Positions 13,701 through 27,200 of a stretch of 64,000 bases of DNA are shown in pieces. A program made the translations under genes and the position numbers. Position 1 is the stretch's first letter. Each line of letters starts with the position of its first letter. The stretch lies in the NCBI GenBank assembly GCA_964016885.1, contig OZ024741.1:174964001-175028000 (forward strand), given 5' to 3'. A model generated the notes under the pieces. It made no database searches and was not told the origin of the DNA. It worked only from the letters and a program-made list of their open reading frames with translations. Source of the stretch: Eledone cirrhosa. Taxonomy: Eukaryota.

Positions 13701-16700
13701 ATATTTTGATTTGTAAATAACAGCAGTTTATTTCCAATTTTTATTGGACTGGAGACAATGTAGAATAGAGAGGAGTTCATAGTCTTGTCCAGGTCATGAC
13801 AGCCTCTCTAGTGCTGGTGCCATGTAAAACACACCTTGTACACTGTTAAGGTTTGACACTTGAATGTAGAGTAGAGACGACTTTTTAGTTTTGTCAGACA
13901 TGACAACTTTAGTACTGGTGTCATGATAAAATTCCCCAGTATACTTTGTAACATGTTTGACAATTGAACATAGACCATATAGGATAGGGAGGACTCTTAA
14001 GTCTTGTCAAAGAAATGATAACCTCTCTAGTGCTTGTGCCATGAAAAAAATGCACTCAGTACACTCTGTAAAGTTGTTGGTTGTAAGAGCAGGGAAATCA
14101 TACGAGTATGACATGGTCCTCATCTGTCCAGGAGGACAGTAGCTTCAAATAAGTGACTTGGACTGTCAAATGAAATGTATATCTTCTATTAGTTCTTCAA
14201 ATTAATGTTTTGAGCATGTCAGCATCTTTGAATTTTCTTATTAAAAGAAATTTACATATTTTATTTTTTTAGGTCCAAAATGTTTGGGAATATAATAACA
14301 GCAGAGAACTTTATGAAAATTTGAAAGAATTTCTTAAGCATTTATATTTCAGGTTTGTATAAAAATCTTGATTTTTTTTTTCACCTTCATTAATTAATGT
14401 CTGTTTTCCCTGCTAGCAGGGTCATCACTGACTAAGGCAATACTCAAATAGAGCTACTAACTTCTCAGATGAGCTGGGGGCCTGTATTGGCAAAATTGTT
14501 ACAGCATCAGATAGAAATACATTGCAATAATTTTTCCACCTTTTTATGTTTTGTGTTCTAATCCTGCCATGGTCAACTTAGCCTTTGTGTCTTTCGAAAT
14601 CGATAAAATGAAATACTAGGGTTGGTCTAATTGACTTTCTCTCTCCTCAAATTGCTGACCTTGTAACTAAATTAGAAATCATATATTCTCACACTCTACT
14701 AATTGCTCTAGGTGTATTTTATTGTGGCACTTCAGATAGACCAATGACCTGCATCTCGCTTACATCCGTTATAGGAAAGAGTGTTGCAAATTGGAATGAC
14801 CACATTATATTACTGGTCTATATTTTATCTATTTCAGATAGATATATATAATATAATTATGTATCATATATACTCATGAATAAGTAGATATGTTGCACTC
14901 CCATTTCACACACAACATTTCCAATGTGCCATATATTTTGAGTTTAAGTTTTGTAGGTTCAGTAAAGTTGCACACTATTTTTTACATTATATTTTGTGGG
15001 AAAATGTGCAACATATAGTCACGATACTCTAGTATATATGGTATTTACCAATATTTGTGAAATAAATATTTATATTGTAAATTAAATAAAATTGGTATAC
15101 AAGTTAACCTTTTTGATTCTAACCCACCTGATACTGCTCTTAGCTGTATGATACTAAGCTATTTGTTTTAAAGTGTTTCTATTTATCTAAAAACCTTTCA
15201 TTATAATTTTGAATTCATCATCATTTTGAAAATAATAATGAATTTAGGGGTGGATTTAGTAATACAACTTTCTTGTTATTAAGCTGCTGTAAAAGGTGTA
15301 AGATTTATCCACTTTGGTGGATGATTGGCAATATTGTTTTGGCTCCTTGCAGTCTGAGTTAAAATCTTGCTGAATTCAGTTTCGTCTTTCATCCTTCCAA
15401 GGATTAATAGAATAAAGTACCAGTCAAGTACTAGGGTCAATATTATTGACTTTTCCTTTGCCCCAAATTGCTGGCCTTGTGTCTAAACGAGAAACCATTA
15501 TTAAACTGTTGTTTGGAGCATAACTTAACAAAAATTCTGATATATAATTATGACTGAAGTTCTTTTTAGATAAATATAAACATTTTAAAACACACAATTT
15601 TTTATCGTAAAACCAGAATGTGGTTTCAGGTGATTTAGAATCAAAAGGGTTAACATCAATGACCTGAGAGAAACCAGTATTTACAGCATTATTATCGTCT
15701 GTCATAGATAATTCAGTTTTGTTATAGATTTTATTGGATTATTATTAGCTATTTATTTCTTATTCTATTTTTGTAGACACATTACTATAAAATCTCAAGA
15801 CCGAAGAGTTGTAGTTTGTGAATCATTATTATGTCCTACGATATTCCGTGAAACTTTGGCCAAAGTATTGTTCCAGTATTTTGAGGTAAGACATAAAATT
15901 TATCGTAATTTATTCTTTGTTGTATTTATTGTAGAGATTTCATATGATTTTTTCTTTAGTTGTTTACATAATTATTTTGAAGGGAAATAGCAATGTCGTG
16001 GAACACTTGTGTAAATATAAGGTAAATAGGACATAACAACATTTTATGAACTCAAATATTGTGTCCTTTCTTTCAGGTACAGCCATCTTGAAAAAATAAT
16101 TTTTTCATGGATAATAAAGTATATATATATATATATATCTGACTCAAACACCTTCTCTGCCTCCCTGTGATCTCGTTGATGATCATCCAGCTCTCCTTAC
16201 ATCCAGACCTGTCAACCGCTCTCTCCACACTTCTGATCTTCTCTATCAGTGCCTCCTCTCTGGCCTCAGTGTAAGCGGTACAGAGTTCTTCTCTCATCAC
16301 CTCCACAGTCTCCATCTTCTCCTCCGTAGGATCAGCATAGAATTGGTCCTTGGCAGCTTTCAGGTGTTCTCTGGCTGCACACACTTTTGGATCTGCAGGT
16401 CTGATGTGCTTCCTTTTGTTCTTTCTCCTCGGCACCAGGGTCTCACTTGCTTCCGCCACTGCATTGGTGAAGTGCCTGTACCTCCTCATCACAATCTCCT
16501 CAGTCCATCCAATCTCTCCCTCTCCTCTGTCTCTCCACACAGAGCACTGAACCTGTTCCTCACTTCCACTGTGAACCTCTTCTGTAGCTTATCATCTTCC
16601 TTGAAAGCTCCCCAGTCATAGATTGCTCTCTGGGCTGAGCCTTGCTCTTTCTTAAGCTCACCCGGACCTCACTCATAACAAGCCGGTGGTCACTACCCAG

Positions 16701-18190
16701 TGTACTGAAATAGTTGTATGGTTCTGTGTTCAGAACACTATTCTGCCACTTTTTCCTCACCAGAATGAAATCAACCTGGGACTTGGACAGGTGCATATCT
16801 GAGATGTAGGTCCACATCTTCCCCAAATTCTTCCTAAACCTTAGGTTGGTCGCTATCAAGTTCACCTCCAGCCGGGTGTCTCTCAGTAGTCTTCCATTTC
16901 GGTTGGTGTTGTTATGGAAGTACCAGCAAGGATTTCACTGCCCTCCTTACTCAGATGTGCATTGAAGTCCCCCAAAACAAGCAGGATGTTGTGTGCTTGT
17001 GTGGTGTTGACAGCTCTACACACCTCCTCATGGAACTCTTCCGCACTCACATCACTGTCTCCCTCTGTTGGACTATAGGCTGAGATGACTGTCAGTCTTG
17101 GGTTTCCATTGAAGGTCACCCTCAACACTCGCGGGGAGACAGGTATTATTTCCCTCACCAATAGACTGGTTTTTGTGCTGAAAACAAAATCCACTCCTCC
17201 CACTGTAGCATTGGTCATGTTCCTCGCTGCCGATGTGGTGATGAGCTGGCTCATCTTCCCAATCATCACACTCCTCACGGGCCCATCATGTAGGATCCTG
17301 TGTTCTTGGATCGCAAGTATCTGTATACCACTCTCCTCGAACAGATGTCGCAACTCCTCTCTCTTCTCCAGCGTCCGAATAGTCCTCACATTCAAAGTGC
17401 CCATTTTGATGGCTCTTCTGCAGGACAAAACTGCATTCTTTATATTTGTCTCAGAGACAGCTGATCCATCATCCACAGGACTCTGGCTTTACTGCAGCAC
17501 CGGCTTAAGACGATAAAGATATTGGATGCTGAGTTTGCCGACGACATAGTTTTGGTGACAAATACAGTGAAGGAGGCAGAGGTTTTGATGCAGGAGGTTG
17601 AGACTGTGTTTATGAGTGTGGGGCTGAGAATGAATGAGACTAAAACAAAATATCTGGTAGAGAATGTTGAGAAGCCAGAGGGGATCACTAATGTAGGCGG
17701 GAAGCCGCTAGAATTGGTTGAGGACTTCCTGTATTTGGGAGCAAAGATTGGGAATACGGAAGATGATATGGTTGAGAGGAAGAGCAAAGCCTGGGCGGCG
17801 TGCCACAGCTTGAGATTAGTGTGGAAGTCGGACCTTCGTAAAGACCTGAAAATCCACCTCTTCATTGCTGTAGTGGAGTCTGTGCTGCTGTACGGGTCTG
17901 AGACTTGGACACTGACCAAGAAACTCACTCAGATGGTGGATGGGTGCTACACGAGAATGCTGAGGATGGCTCTGAACATTAATTAGTATACACTGAGGAT
18001 GAAAAACTCAGAGTTGTATGGGAGCCCCTACATGGACACACTGGAAGAGGAAGACCAAGGTTAACGTATGCTGATGCCCTAAGGACAGACACTGGTCTGT
18101 TGGAGACACAGGACATGGCAGCGATAATGAGGGACAGAGACCGCTGGAGAATACTCGTCCATGGATCTCGGGAATTTTACCTGCCCTAGA

Positions 18191-18223
<33 letters not shown>

Positions 18224-21200
18224 TCTATATATACATACATATATATAATAGGCATTTAGATCAATACAATGCCAAATGCATAGAAGCCTTTACTATTATT
18301 TTGATCTTGTTGCTCATGGAATTTGCTCAATAATATTAGGTGTGAAAACCTGTATTAGAGCAAACTCATAACAATACAGCCATGAAGCGATGATACCCAA
18401 ATAGAACATAACAGAGTGGAATTGAAATTAAAGAAATTAACAATTTAACAAATAAAATGTTTAAAAAAAACACCTACATTTCAAATGTCTCGACCATATG
18501 GTTTTGATCCCACCCAAAAAAAATTTTAGACTGGCAGGCATGCCAGGTGATTATCATGCTCATATGTCCCATTTTGGGCTAGTATCTAAGGCTTGATGCC
18601 CTTCCTAATGTCAAATATTTTATGGTGTATACCAGGTTGGTTTTCTCGTGGCACTACTCCTGCAACCTGACAGGGTAGACTGGGTGCTTTTTTCGTGGTA
18701 CCATTATAACTATATAGATTGGAAATCTGCAGAACTATAGCGGTTTAATGAATGAGTTTCTATTGAAAGGACTGAGAACAAACATTACTGAAACTTAGTG
18801 TAAGTAATGTTCTAGTTATTTACTAATTAATTTCAATATAAAATAATTACAATGATAAATATTTTAGAAGTGATCTTAGGGTGTTCCTCTTGATCCTTTA
18901 TTTGACATATGGAGATCAGTACCTTACCTATAACGGTTGGTATCAGGAAGGGTGTCCGGTTATAGAATACTAACTCAAAGATGTCTCATCCATCCTATGC
19001 CAACAAGGAAAAGCAGATGTAGAAAGATTGTTTTTGATGAGACATGCATTCAAATATTAATAATTCTGCCATAACTACCAGATATTGTAATTGCTAGCAA
19101 GCAATAATGTTGGTAGAACATTAAGAATTTTAAAAGCTTGTTCAAGCTTTTAATTTTGCTGGCCTTGGCTTACATTAGAATCAATAATAAGTGTTATGTT
19201 GTTGATTTATAAAATTGGTAGAGCATTGGACAAAATATTTTGCTGTATTTAGTTACAGTTCTTGACATTTCAAGTTCAAATGTCATTGAGGCTGACTTAG
19301 CTTTTCTTCCTTCTGAGGTTGATAAAGTAAAATACCAGTCAAATACTCAAGTCAAAATTAGAAACCATTAATAATATGCACTTATGATTAAAACTGACCA
19401 ATATTTGAAGTCAGATTTACTATTTAGTTTCTCCATTTTTTTCTTTGTCAATCCTAATGTCAATATTTTCTTCTCTATTTCTCCAGGTTCCATCTGTGTA
19501 CTTTGTCCCTTCACATCTTACAGCCCTCTACACACTTGGTGTAAGTTGTGGGTTGGTTATGGATGTTGGCTATAAAGAGGCTTCTGTGTTCCCCGTATCC
19601 TTTTAAATTCATCATCATCATTGTCATTCATATTGTTGTCATCTGTATTGCCATCATTATCATTTTACATCGGGGGATTGGCAATATCGGTAGAGGGTCG
19701 GACGCCATGCTTTGCAGCACAGTTACGTCCCTTTGCGGATTGAGTTCAAATCCCGCCGAGGTTAACTTTGCCTTTCATCCTTACGGGATCGATAAAATAA
19801 AGTACCAGTAATACACTGGGATAATTGCTGGCCTTGTGCCAAAAGTAGAAACAATTATCATTTTACATCCATTTTTTCCATGTTAGCATGGGTGGTAAGT
19901 GGAAAATGCTGCCAAAATAATTTTTGTTTATTGTAATTTCTGATGTGATTAGACTGTGGTTGGTATGGCTGTGTTATTAGGAATCTTGCTTTGCAATTAT
20001 CTGGTTCCATGAGTGACTTACACACAAGTATATACAGTAAGAGCCACTGCTCTAAATGTGATCAAAGGAGTGGCTTATATACAAATGTATACAGTAAAAC
20101 CTACTGCTCTAAACATGATCAAAGGAGTGATTTATACATGAGTATATACAGTATAACCCATTGCTCTAATTTTGATCAAAGAAGTGTCTTATACACATTA
20201 AAACCCACTACTCTAAATGTGATCAAAAGAGTGACTTATACATGTGTAAATACAGTAAGATCCACTGCTCTAAATGTGATCAAAGGGTGACTTTATACAC
20301 CAGCATATTCAATAAGATGCACTGCTCCAAATAATCATCATAATTATCATCATTTTACGTCCCCTTTCCACACTAGCATGAACTTGACGGGTTGTCATGG
20401 TCTAAGACCAGACAAATTGGAGTGACAGCCATGCTTATTACATTCTATGTTTTGCATCATTTCTGTGACTGGATGCTGACTGTTTTATAGAGTGTGCTAG
20501 GTGCATTTTTTGTGACACTGGCACTGATACTTTACATGGCGAACTGGGTACACTTTATTGCGGAAATTTTTGTTTACTTTTGCTGCTTGCTTTTTAAAGA
20601 TTTGCAGGGGAAATATTTTATATTTACAAACAATCCTTAATGTGTGATTTAGATCTATGAAGGTAGACCAATTTTTAAAGGACTCCAGATATTACCACTG
20701 GCTGGTAAAACAATCCATCAGTAAGTTCTCTTTATTTTTGGAATATCTTTCATCAACTGCCCCCTACAAAACTATTTGTAACCTTGTGCCTATGTTAGAA
20801 ATTATTTTTGAATGTAGTGGATTGCCAGAATTGTTAGAGCAATGCTTTTCATATTTTTTCACCTTTTACTTTCAATTCTGCCAAGGTGAACTTGGTCTTT
20901 CATCCTTCTGGGTTTGATAAAATATAATAACAGTCAAGGACTGAGGTTGGTATAATCGACACCCCCACTCCAAATTGCTGACCTTTTGTCTAAATTCCCT
21001 TTATGTTCTGAGTTCAAATCCCACCAAGGTTAACTTTGCCTTTCATCCTCATGGGATCAATAAAATAAAGTACCAGTAATGCTATGGGGTCGATTTAATC
21101 TCCCCCCCCCCCCCCCAAAAAAAAATTGCAATAGTTTCCACTCTTTATATTCTGAGTTCAAAGCTGACATTGGCAACGCCAGCTTTGCCTTTCATTCCTC

Positions 21201-24200
21201 TGGGGTCAATAAAGTACCAGTCAAACACTGGGGGTTGATTTCATCTACTATGTCCTAATTTTTGGATTTTTGTGCCTATGGTATTATAAAAGCAATTACT
21301 ATTTTTGTTAAGGCTAGCATGGTAGAAACTAGTTCATTGAACTAAATACCTAATATTTAGTTCCATTCAACATACTGAGTTAAACCCAACCAGGGTAGAT
21401 TTTGCTATTCAACCCTCCTAGGTTACTAAAAAAAACAAACTATACCAGGTATGAATTAAAAAAAAAATTATATCTCACTACCTATGCAAGTTTAGCTAGC
21501 CTCCTGTAAGGTTGTATCATAGGAGGTTTTTTTTGTGTTTTAATGATAGGGTCCCCTGTCCTAGTATGTAAAGCAATGTGAAATAAAGTGTCTTGCTCTA
21601 GAACACAATGTTAGGATCGTGAGTCTCAACCAAGCATGTTTTGGGATTGATTCAGTTAACTGCAAGTTTTATGGTGAAAATTTGTGATCTTACCACCAAC
21701 ATAAATCACTGTTGATTCTTTATGATCATTTACCTAATGTTCCCCCTCCATACACATACACACATGTATATTATGACTCATACACTATTCACTTCCCTGA
21801 CATTTGTATATTATTCTATGTACTATACATGCACCTTTGACGAGTTGTAGTGCACCTGAGCACTTTACACAATAATTTCGTTATTATTATTATTATGTAG
21901 AGTAGAATTCCTTTATGTAGCATTTTTAACCCTTTTAATACCAACCTGGCCAAAACTAGCTCTGGTTCCATGAAGCCAAACCACCTATTCTAAAGAGTTC
22001 TTATTTAAATTAAAATCTTCAAACAAAATTTTATATATTATATTTTAAGTTACTATCTTAGGAATGAAATAATTATTAATTTTAGTAAATCCCTCAAAAT
22101 TATTCATTAGTTAATTGAAATACAATGTATTTCATTATAAATACAATCATGAATGACTTTCACCTTTGACATATTTCAGAAATTTGAAGATCCTCTTGGA
22201 AAATTCTATCAACCAAGCTGGGAATGATAAAGCTGCTTTTAAGAGTCCATCACTAGGTAAGTTTGACTTCTCATTAAAACACCAGGGAGTCTTTTATGGT
22301 ATTCATTGTTTTTTGCATAGCTATAGGCAGCAAATTGGTAGAGTCACTTGAGTACAAAATGTCTTGTGGTATTTGTTCCAGTTCTTTGGGCCCTGAGTTC
22401 AGATCCTGCTGAGGTTAGTTTTACTTTTCATTCTCTCAAAGTTGATAATATAAAGTCTCAGTCCAGTGTTAGTGAATTGACAGACTCATTTGAGTGTAAG
22501 ACAAAATGACTTTGCTACATGTTTCATCTCTCTACACTCTGAGTTCAAATCTTGAGAAGTTCAACTTTGCCCTTCATCCTTTTAGGCTTGATCAAATAAA
22601 GTATCCATGTACAATTGTTGGTGTTGGACAGGATGCTTTGTAGTATTTGTTCTGGTTCTTTGCATTCCAAATTCTTAGGAGGTAGAGTTAATCTGTTTTC
22701 CAGTTTAACATGACAATCTGGTCCTTGGGTACCTTTAGCACTATTCACTACATTACAAGAACTAAGTTTCCTGTTTTAGGATAACGTCCCTCCTTCCAGC
22801 AGTCTCAGAGTACCTGATGAAATAGTGTTATGGAAACAAAGAATCAATCATATTTAAGAAGTGTTAGAAAATTTTGAACTTTTGAAAGTATGTTAGCTTA
22901 AAGCAAGCTTCTTGAACATGAGTATTTTTTACTATAAAAATAATTGAACAAGCTGGTCATATAAACCCCTAGAGATAGAAAAAGCAGACAGTATTGTCTG
23001 TGGGAATCAAACTCAACCCTGCTAAATGCTGGATGGCTGCACTACCATTAACTTTTTTCTGTCTGTAGGGGCTTATATGCCCAACTTGTTGGATTACTTT
23101 CATAGTAAAAATAACTTACATTGAATTGAAGCAGCTTTAAGTTAACAAACATAAAAAAAAAATAGTGTCATGGGTATTGCTCTTCCCTCTAACTAAACAG
23201 TAGAAAAAAAAACTCTAAACAAATGTAAACATTTGCTTCCCTTCATTTACAAGATTTTGTTATTTTTTTCTCTGTTCTAGATGACCTAACAGAAGAGGTT
23301 CTGGAAGATATTAAAGGTAATTTACTCATTTTTGAAATTTTATATTTACATCCTATTCCCTTCTGTTCATATTTTCATTTAATATCTACATCCCTACTGC
23401 TAGCACACATAAGTGCTTTCACAAATCTTTATCTTTTCTCTAGTTACTACCATGCCCTATGATCCTGAGAGCACAGGTCTTGTTCTACCTCCAATCAGGC
23501 ACTCCCAACTCACTCATCTGTGCTTCTTTCATCACCCATGTTGTGTTAATTACATCCCTTGGCTCTACACCATGATACCCAGTCCTTCTTTCCTGGAATG
23601 TCTGATGTCTAGAATTCTATTTCTGCTCGTGTCTTTCCTACAGCTTTTGACTTGCAACAGTTTCAGCAGATCACTAACAGCATCAATTTCATTGATCTTG
23701 CTTGTGAAAGCCTTGATTACAGTGCCTTTCACCAAACCTAGCAAATAATATACTTAAATACATTGTATTCTTTGAGCTCTTGGAGATGAAGCTAACTGAT
23801 ACGTCTACTTTAAAAAAGACATGGCCATTTTAAAGAGTTAAAACTTTAAACAATATTGTTTAAATTTCTGGAAACAAAGAGTATTTAAATGTCAGTAGTA
23901 AAGTGATCCCCTGTTTTCAACTTTGAGTGTTCCAGTTGTTCAATTAATGAAACGACATGTGTTAGATTTTATTTAATTTACTCTGGTTTGATTTTTGTCT
24001 TTTCTTTTTTTTTGCAGTTCGTTGCTGTTTTGTTACAAATATTAATCGAGCAAAGCAAATATTGGCAGTCCATTGCGGGCAAGCAGATACAAGCAAGGTT
24101 GTCTTTTTATTGTTAATAAAAAACATTTTTTTTCATTTTTTTTCCTGTGTGTCATAAGATGTTTGGTGCCAGGAAGGACACCTAACTGATCAAGAAACAT

Positions 24201-27200
24201 TCCCTGAAAAAAGACCTCTTAATCATTATGAAGCTTGCCATGGGTCTCACAAGGCCAACCCCTGGTTTAGCATGGAAAATAACCTTCTTGTGTAGTATCT
24301 TTTAAATAATTATATATATATATATATATATCATCATTTTAAGTTCATTTTTGTATGCTGGCATGGGTTGGAGAAGTTGTTACCCAGTCAATATTAAATA
24401 GGTTCTACTATCCTTCTAGATGAGTCAAGTGACCATGTAAAGCTCAGATACATTTCATTTTGGCATAGTTTCTACAGCTGGATGTCTTACCTATCACTAA
24501 CTGCATTACACATTGTTGGGTGCATTTTATCATGCAACCAGCACTAGAAAGGTTGTCTTGTCCTTAAGAATGTGTATTAGACAATGTAATCTTAGATAGC
24601 ACTGAAAAGAGGGAATAGACAATGCTTGGGTTCCTCTGGTCATGCGTCTGCTGGATCAAATGGTAGAAGAGAGAGATTTTGCTATTATTTTCAGCAGGTT
24701 GAGTGACCATGTAGAAGTTGCCTCTTTAGACTGTATTTCAAATGTCGTCCTGTTAGATTAGTTTCCTTCACACAATCTTAATCCATCTTCTCAGTTACTA
24801 TAGCCTTTTTCAGGGTCTGAGAAAATAGTGGGAGTGAAGAAGGAAGGAACCCTCAAATCAAGCCTAGTTCAAATACTTTCAACAAAGTGAGCTCAATGAT
24901 GAGGACCAGCTCTGTGTTTAGTAATGAAGAATTAGTTAGCATTCTTAGAGAGAGCATTGCATTTACACAAAGAACAGACATATTAAGGTCATGTAATTTT
25001 ATTATGATTTGCTTTTAATGCAAAATACACCTCTATTTATGTATCTATCTAACTAACTGACTGTCTGTCTGTCCCTTAAGAATTTGTCATACTCTCTTTT
25101 TTATCACTACACTTCTCTTTTGCAGTTGCCACCTTCCCCACCAGATGTAGAATATCCATTTGATGGAGACAGTTTCTTACATATTAGCGGAAGAGTGAGG
25201 TAAGTTTTTGTTTGAAACATCTACCAGATGGCATTCTACTCGACTGAATATCATCTTAATAGATAGAAGTGTTACGGAATGGTTAACTTTTAACATCCTG
25301 CAATGATTTAATAGAAAATGTCTAAAAACAGGTTTTTATTCTAATGTTTATAATATCTTTACTAGTGAACACATTGTTCTGAAAATCTGCAGTATTAGAG
25401 TAAGAACCTTAATCTTGAATGTGATGCAGTCATAGTGTTGTTATATACTTTTCAAGAATATCTTTTTAATGTGGTTTCATGCAGTACAGGGCATTAAGAG
25501 TGAAAGCATTGAACTATTTACTTGTAAACCATAAGTTTAAATCCATTAGAGACATTCCATTATATATTTGGGCAGTATACTGAATTCTTTGTAACTTTGT
25601 TCTGACTGCTATTGTGAAAAAGTACCAGATTTGGGGTGTTATTTTAAATTTATTGTTTTATGTAGATTTTTCAATGCTTGTCTCAGTTGGAAGTAAAACT
25701 AAATGTATATCTAATGAAACATCTGGCCTGAGTCTTTTATCATGCTTGCATGGATTGAACTTACTTATGAAAGTGAAACTAAATATATGTCTAATGAAAT
25801 TGATATCAATATGTTGTTTGCCAAACCTTCTCAATATGTTTTGTCATTCTGCTGTATCTAAACCTGACCAGAGGTGGGGATGGTAGGTGGGGCGATTGGC
25901 GTAGACCTACAATTTTGAGAGGGGCCTACTTGCCTCAAGTTCTAGTTTTATTCTGTCTTGTTACATGTCTTATTCTGTTTTATGCTGGCTTGCGCAGAGG
26001 AGATGCCAGACAGGTGACCCAGTTGGCATAGAGCTATGATTTTGTAGAATCCTTTTTTTTATGGTTAGAGGCAAAGGAAGGATCCTTTGGTGGAGATTTA
26101 CTATTTTTATAAATCATTCTGGAACCATTCTGGTTCTTTCATTCTGTCCTGATATTTGAAAGTACATTATGTACATATAATAATTGTTTCTACTTTTGGC
26201 ACAAGGCCAGCAATTACCTAGTACATTACTGGTACTTTATTTTATCGACACATGTATTTAGTACTAGTTACTAAAATACTTGATTAATAATTCAGAATGA
26301 GACCTACATTTCACATCTGGCCTGGGTCTTTTATCAGTTGAAATGGGACTTACATTTCACATCTGGCCAAGGTGTATTAGCAGTTGAAATAGTGCCTACA
26401 TTTCACATCTGGCCTGGATCTATTATCATTTTAAATTGGGCCTACATTTCACATCTGGCTTGGGCTTATCAGTTGAAATAGGGCCTACTTTTCATATCTA
26501 TCCCAGGCTAATTCCCAATGGGGTCTACATTTCACATTTGGCCTAGGTAGCTTTGCATAGGCGCTAGTGTGGAAGATAGACGCTAAACGATGATGATGAT
26601 GGCTCTGTAAAGGGAGTTTGTTGTAATAATGTTTTATTTTTATTATTTTTCTCTCCAAATATCTTTTCAACATTAATATTTAGACACTTGTACTTTGTAT
26701 TGTTTTATTTTACAGAGAGGAGGCTTGTGAGGTTTTGTTTGAGCAGGATAATGAAGAGATGTCACTTGCAACAATGATACTGGATTCTTTGTTGAAGGTA
26801 ACATATCAGCTTACATAGTTATTAGAGAAATATTAATGAAATATATCTTATTATCTCATTTTATTTCTTTTCCTTGTTTATTATTTATAGCTTCATCAAT
26901 TTTTCTAACACACCCACAGAGGCATATTTCTAATGTTGGTAAGCATATTTATTATAAATATGTTAACGAGGCAGCAGATTCGCAGAATGATTAGTGTTGA
27001 ACAAGCACTTAGCAGTATTTGTTCTGGTTCTGTATGTTCTGACTTCTCATCCTTCCCTTTCAAGGTTGAGAAAGTACCAGTCTAGTACTTTCTCATCCTT
27101 CCCTTTCAAGGTTGAGAAAGTACCAGTCTAGTAATGGAGGCGATTTTATCTGTTTGCCTTTTCTCCCCCAAAATTTGCTGGCTTTGTGTCAAAATTGAAT

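Larger units (their letters stand above)
19595..20652 (+). other. U12-type (minor spliceosome) GT-AG intron
   Basis: 5' splice site GTATCCTTTT; branch-point-like TCCTTAAT at 20634-20641 just upstream of the AG at 20651-20652; little polypyrimidine tract; in-frame join FP|IYEG. Confidence 0.88.

Noticed and set aside
22160-22179. CCTTTGAC before exon 7 as a second U12 branch point
   Set aside because: The donor of that intron is U2-type (gtaagt) and the match is imperfect.
27042-27133. ~46-bp direct duplication inside a SINE
   Set aside because: Ordinary local tandem duplication.
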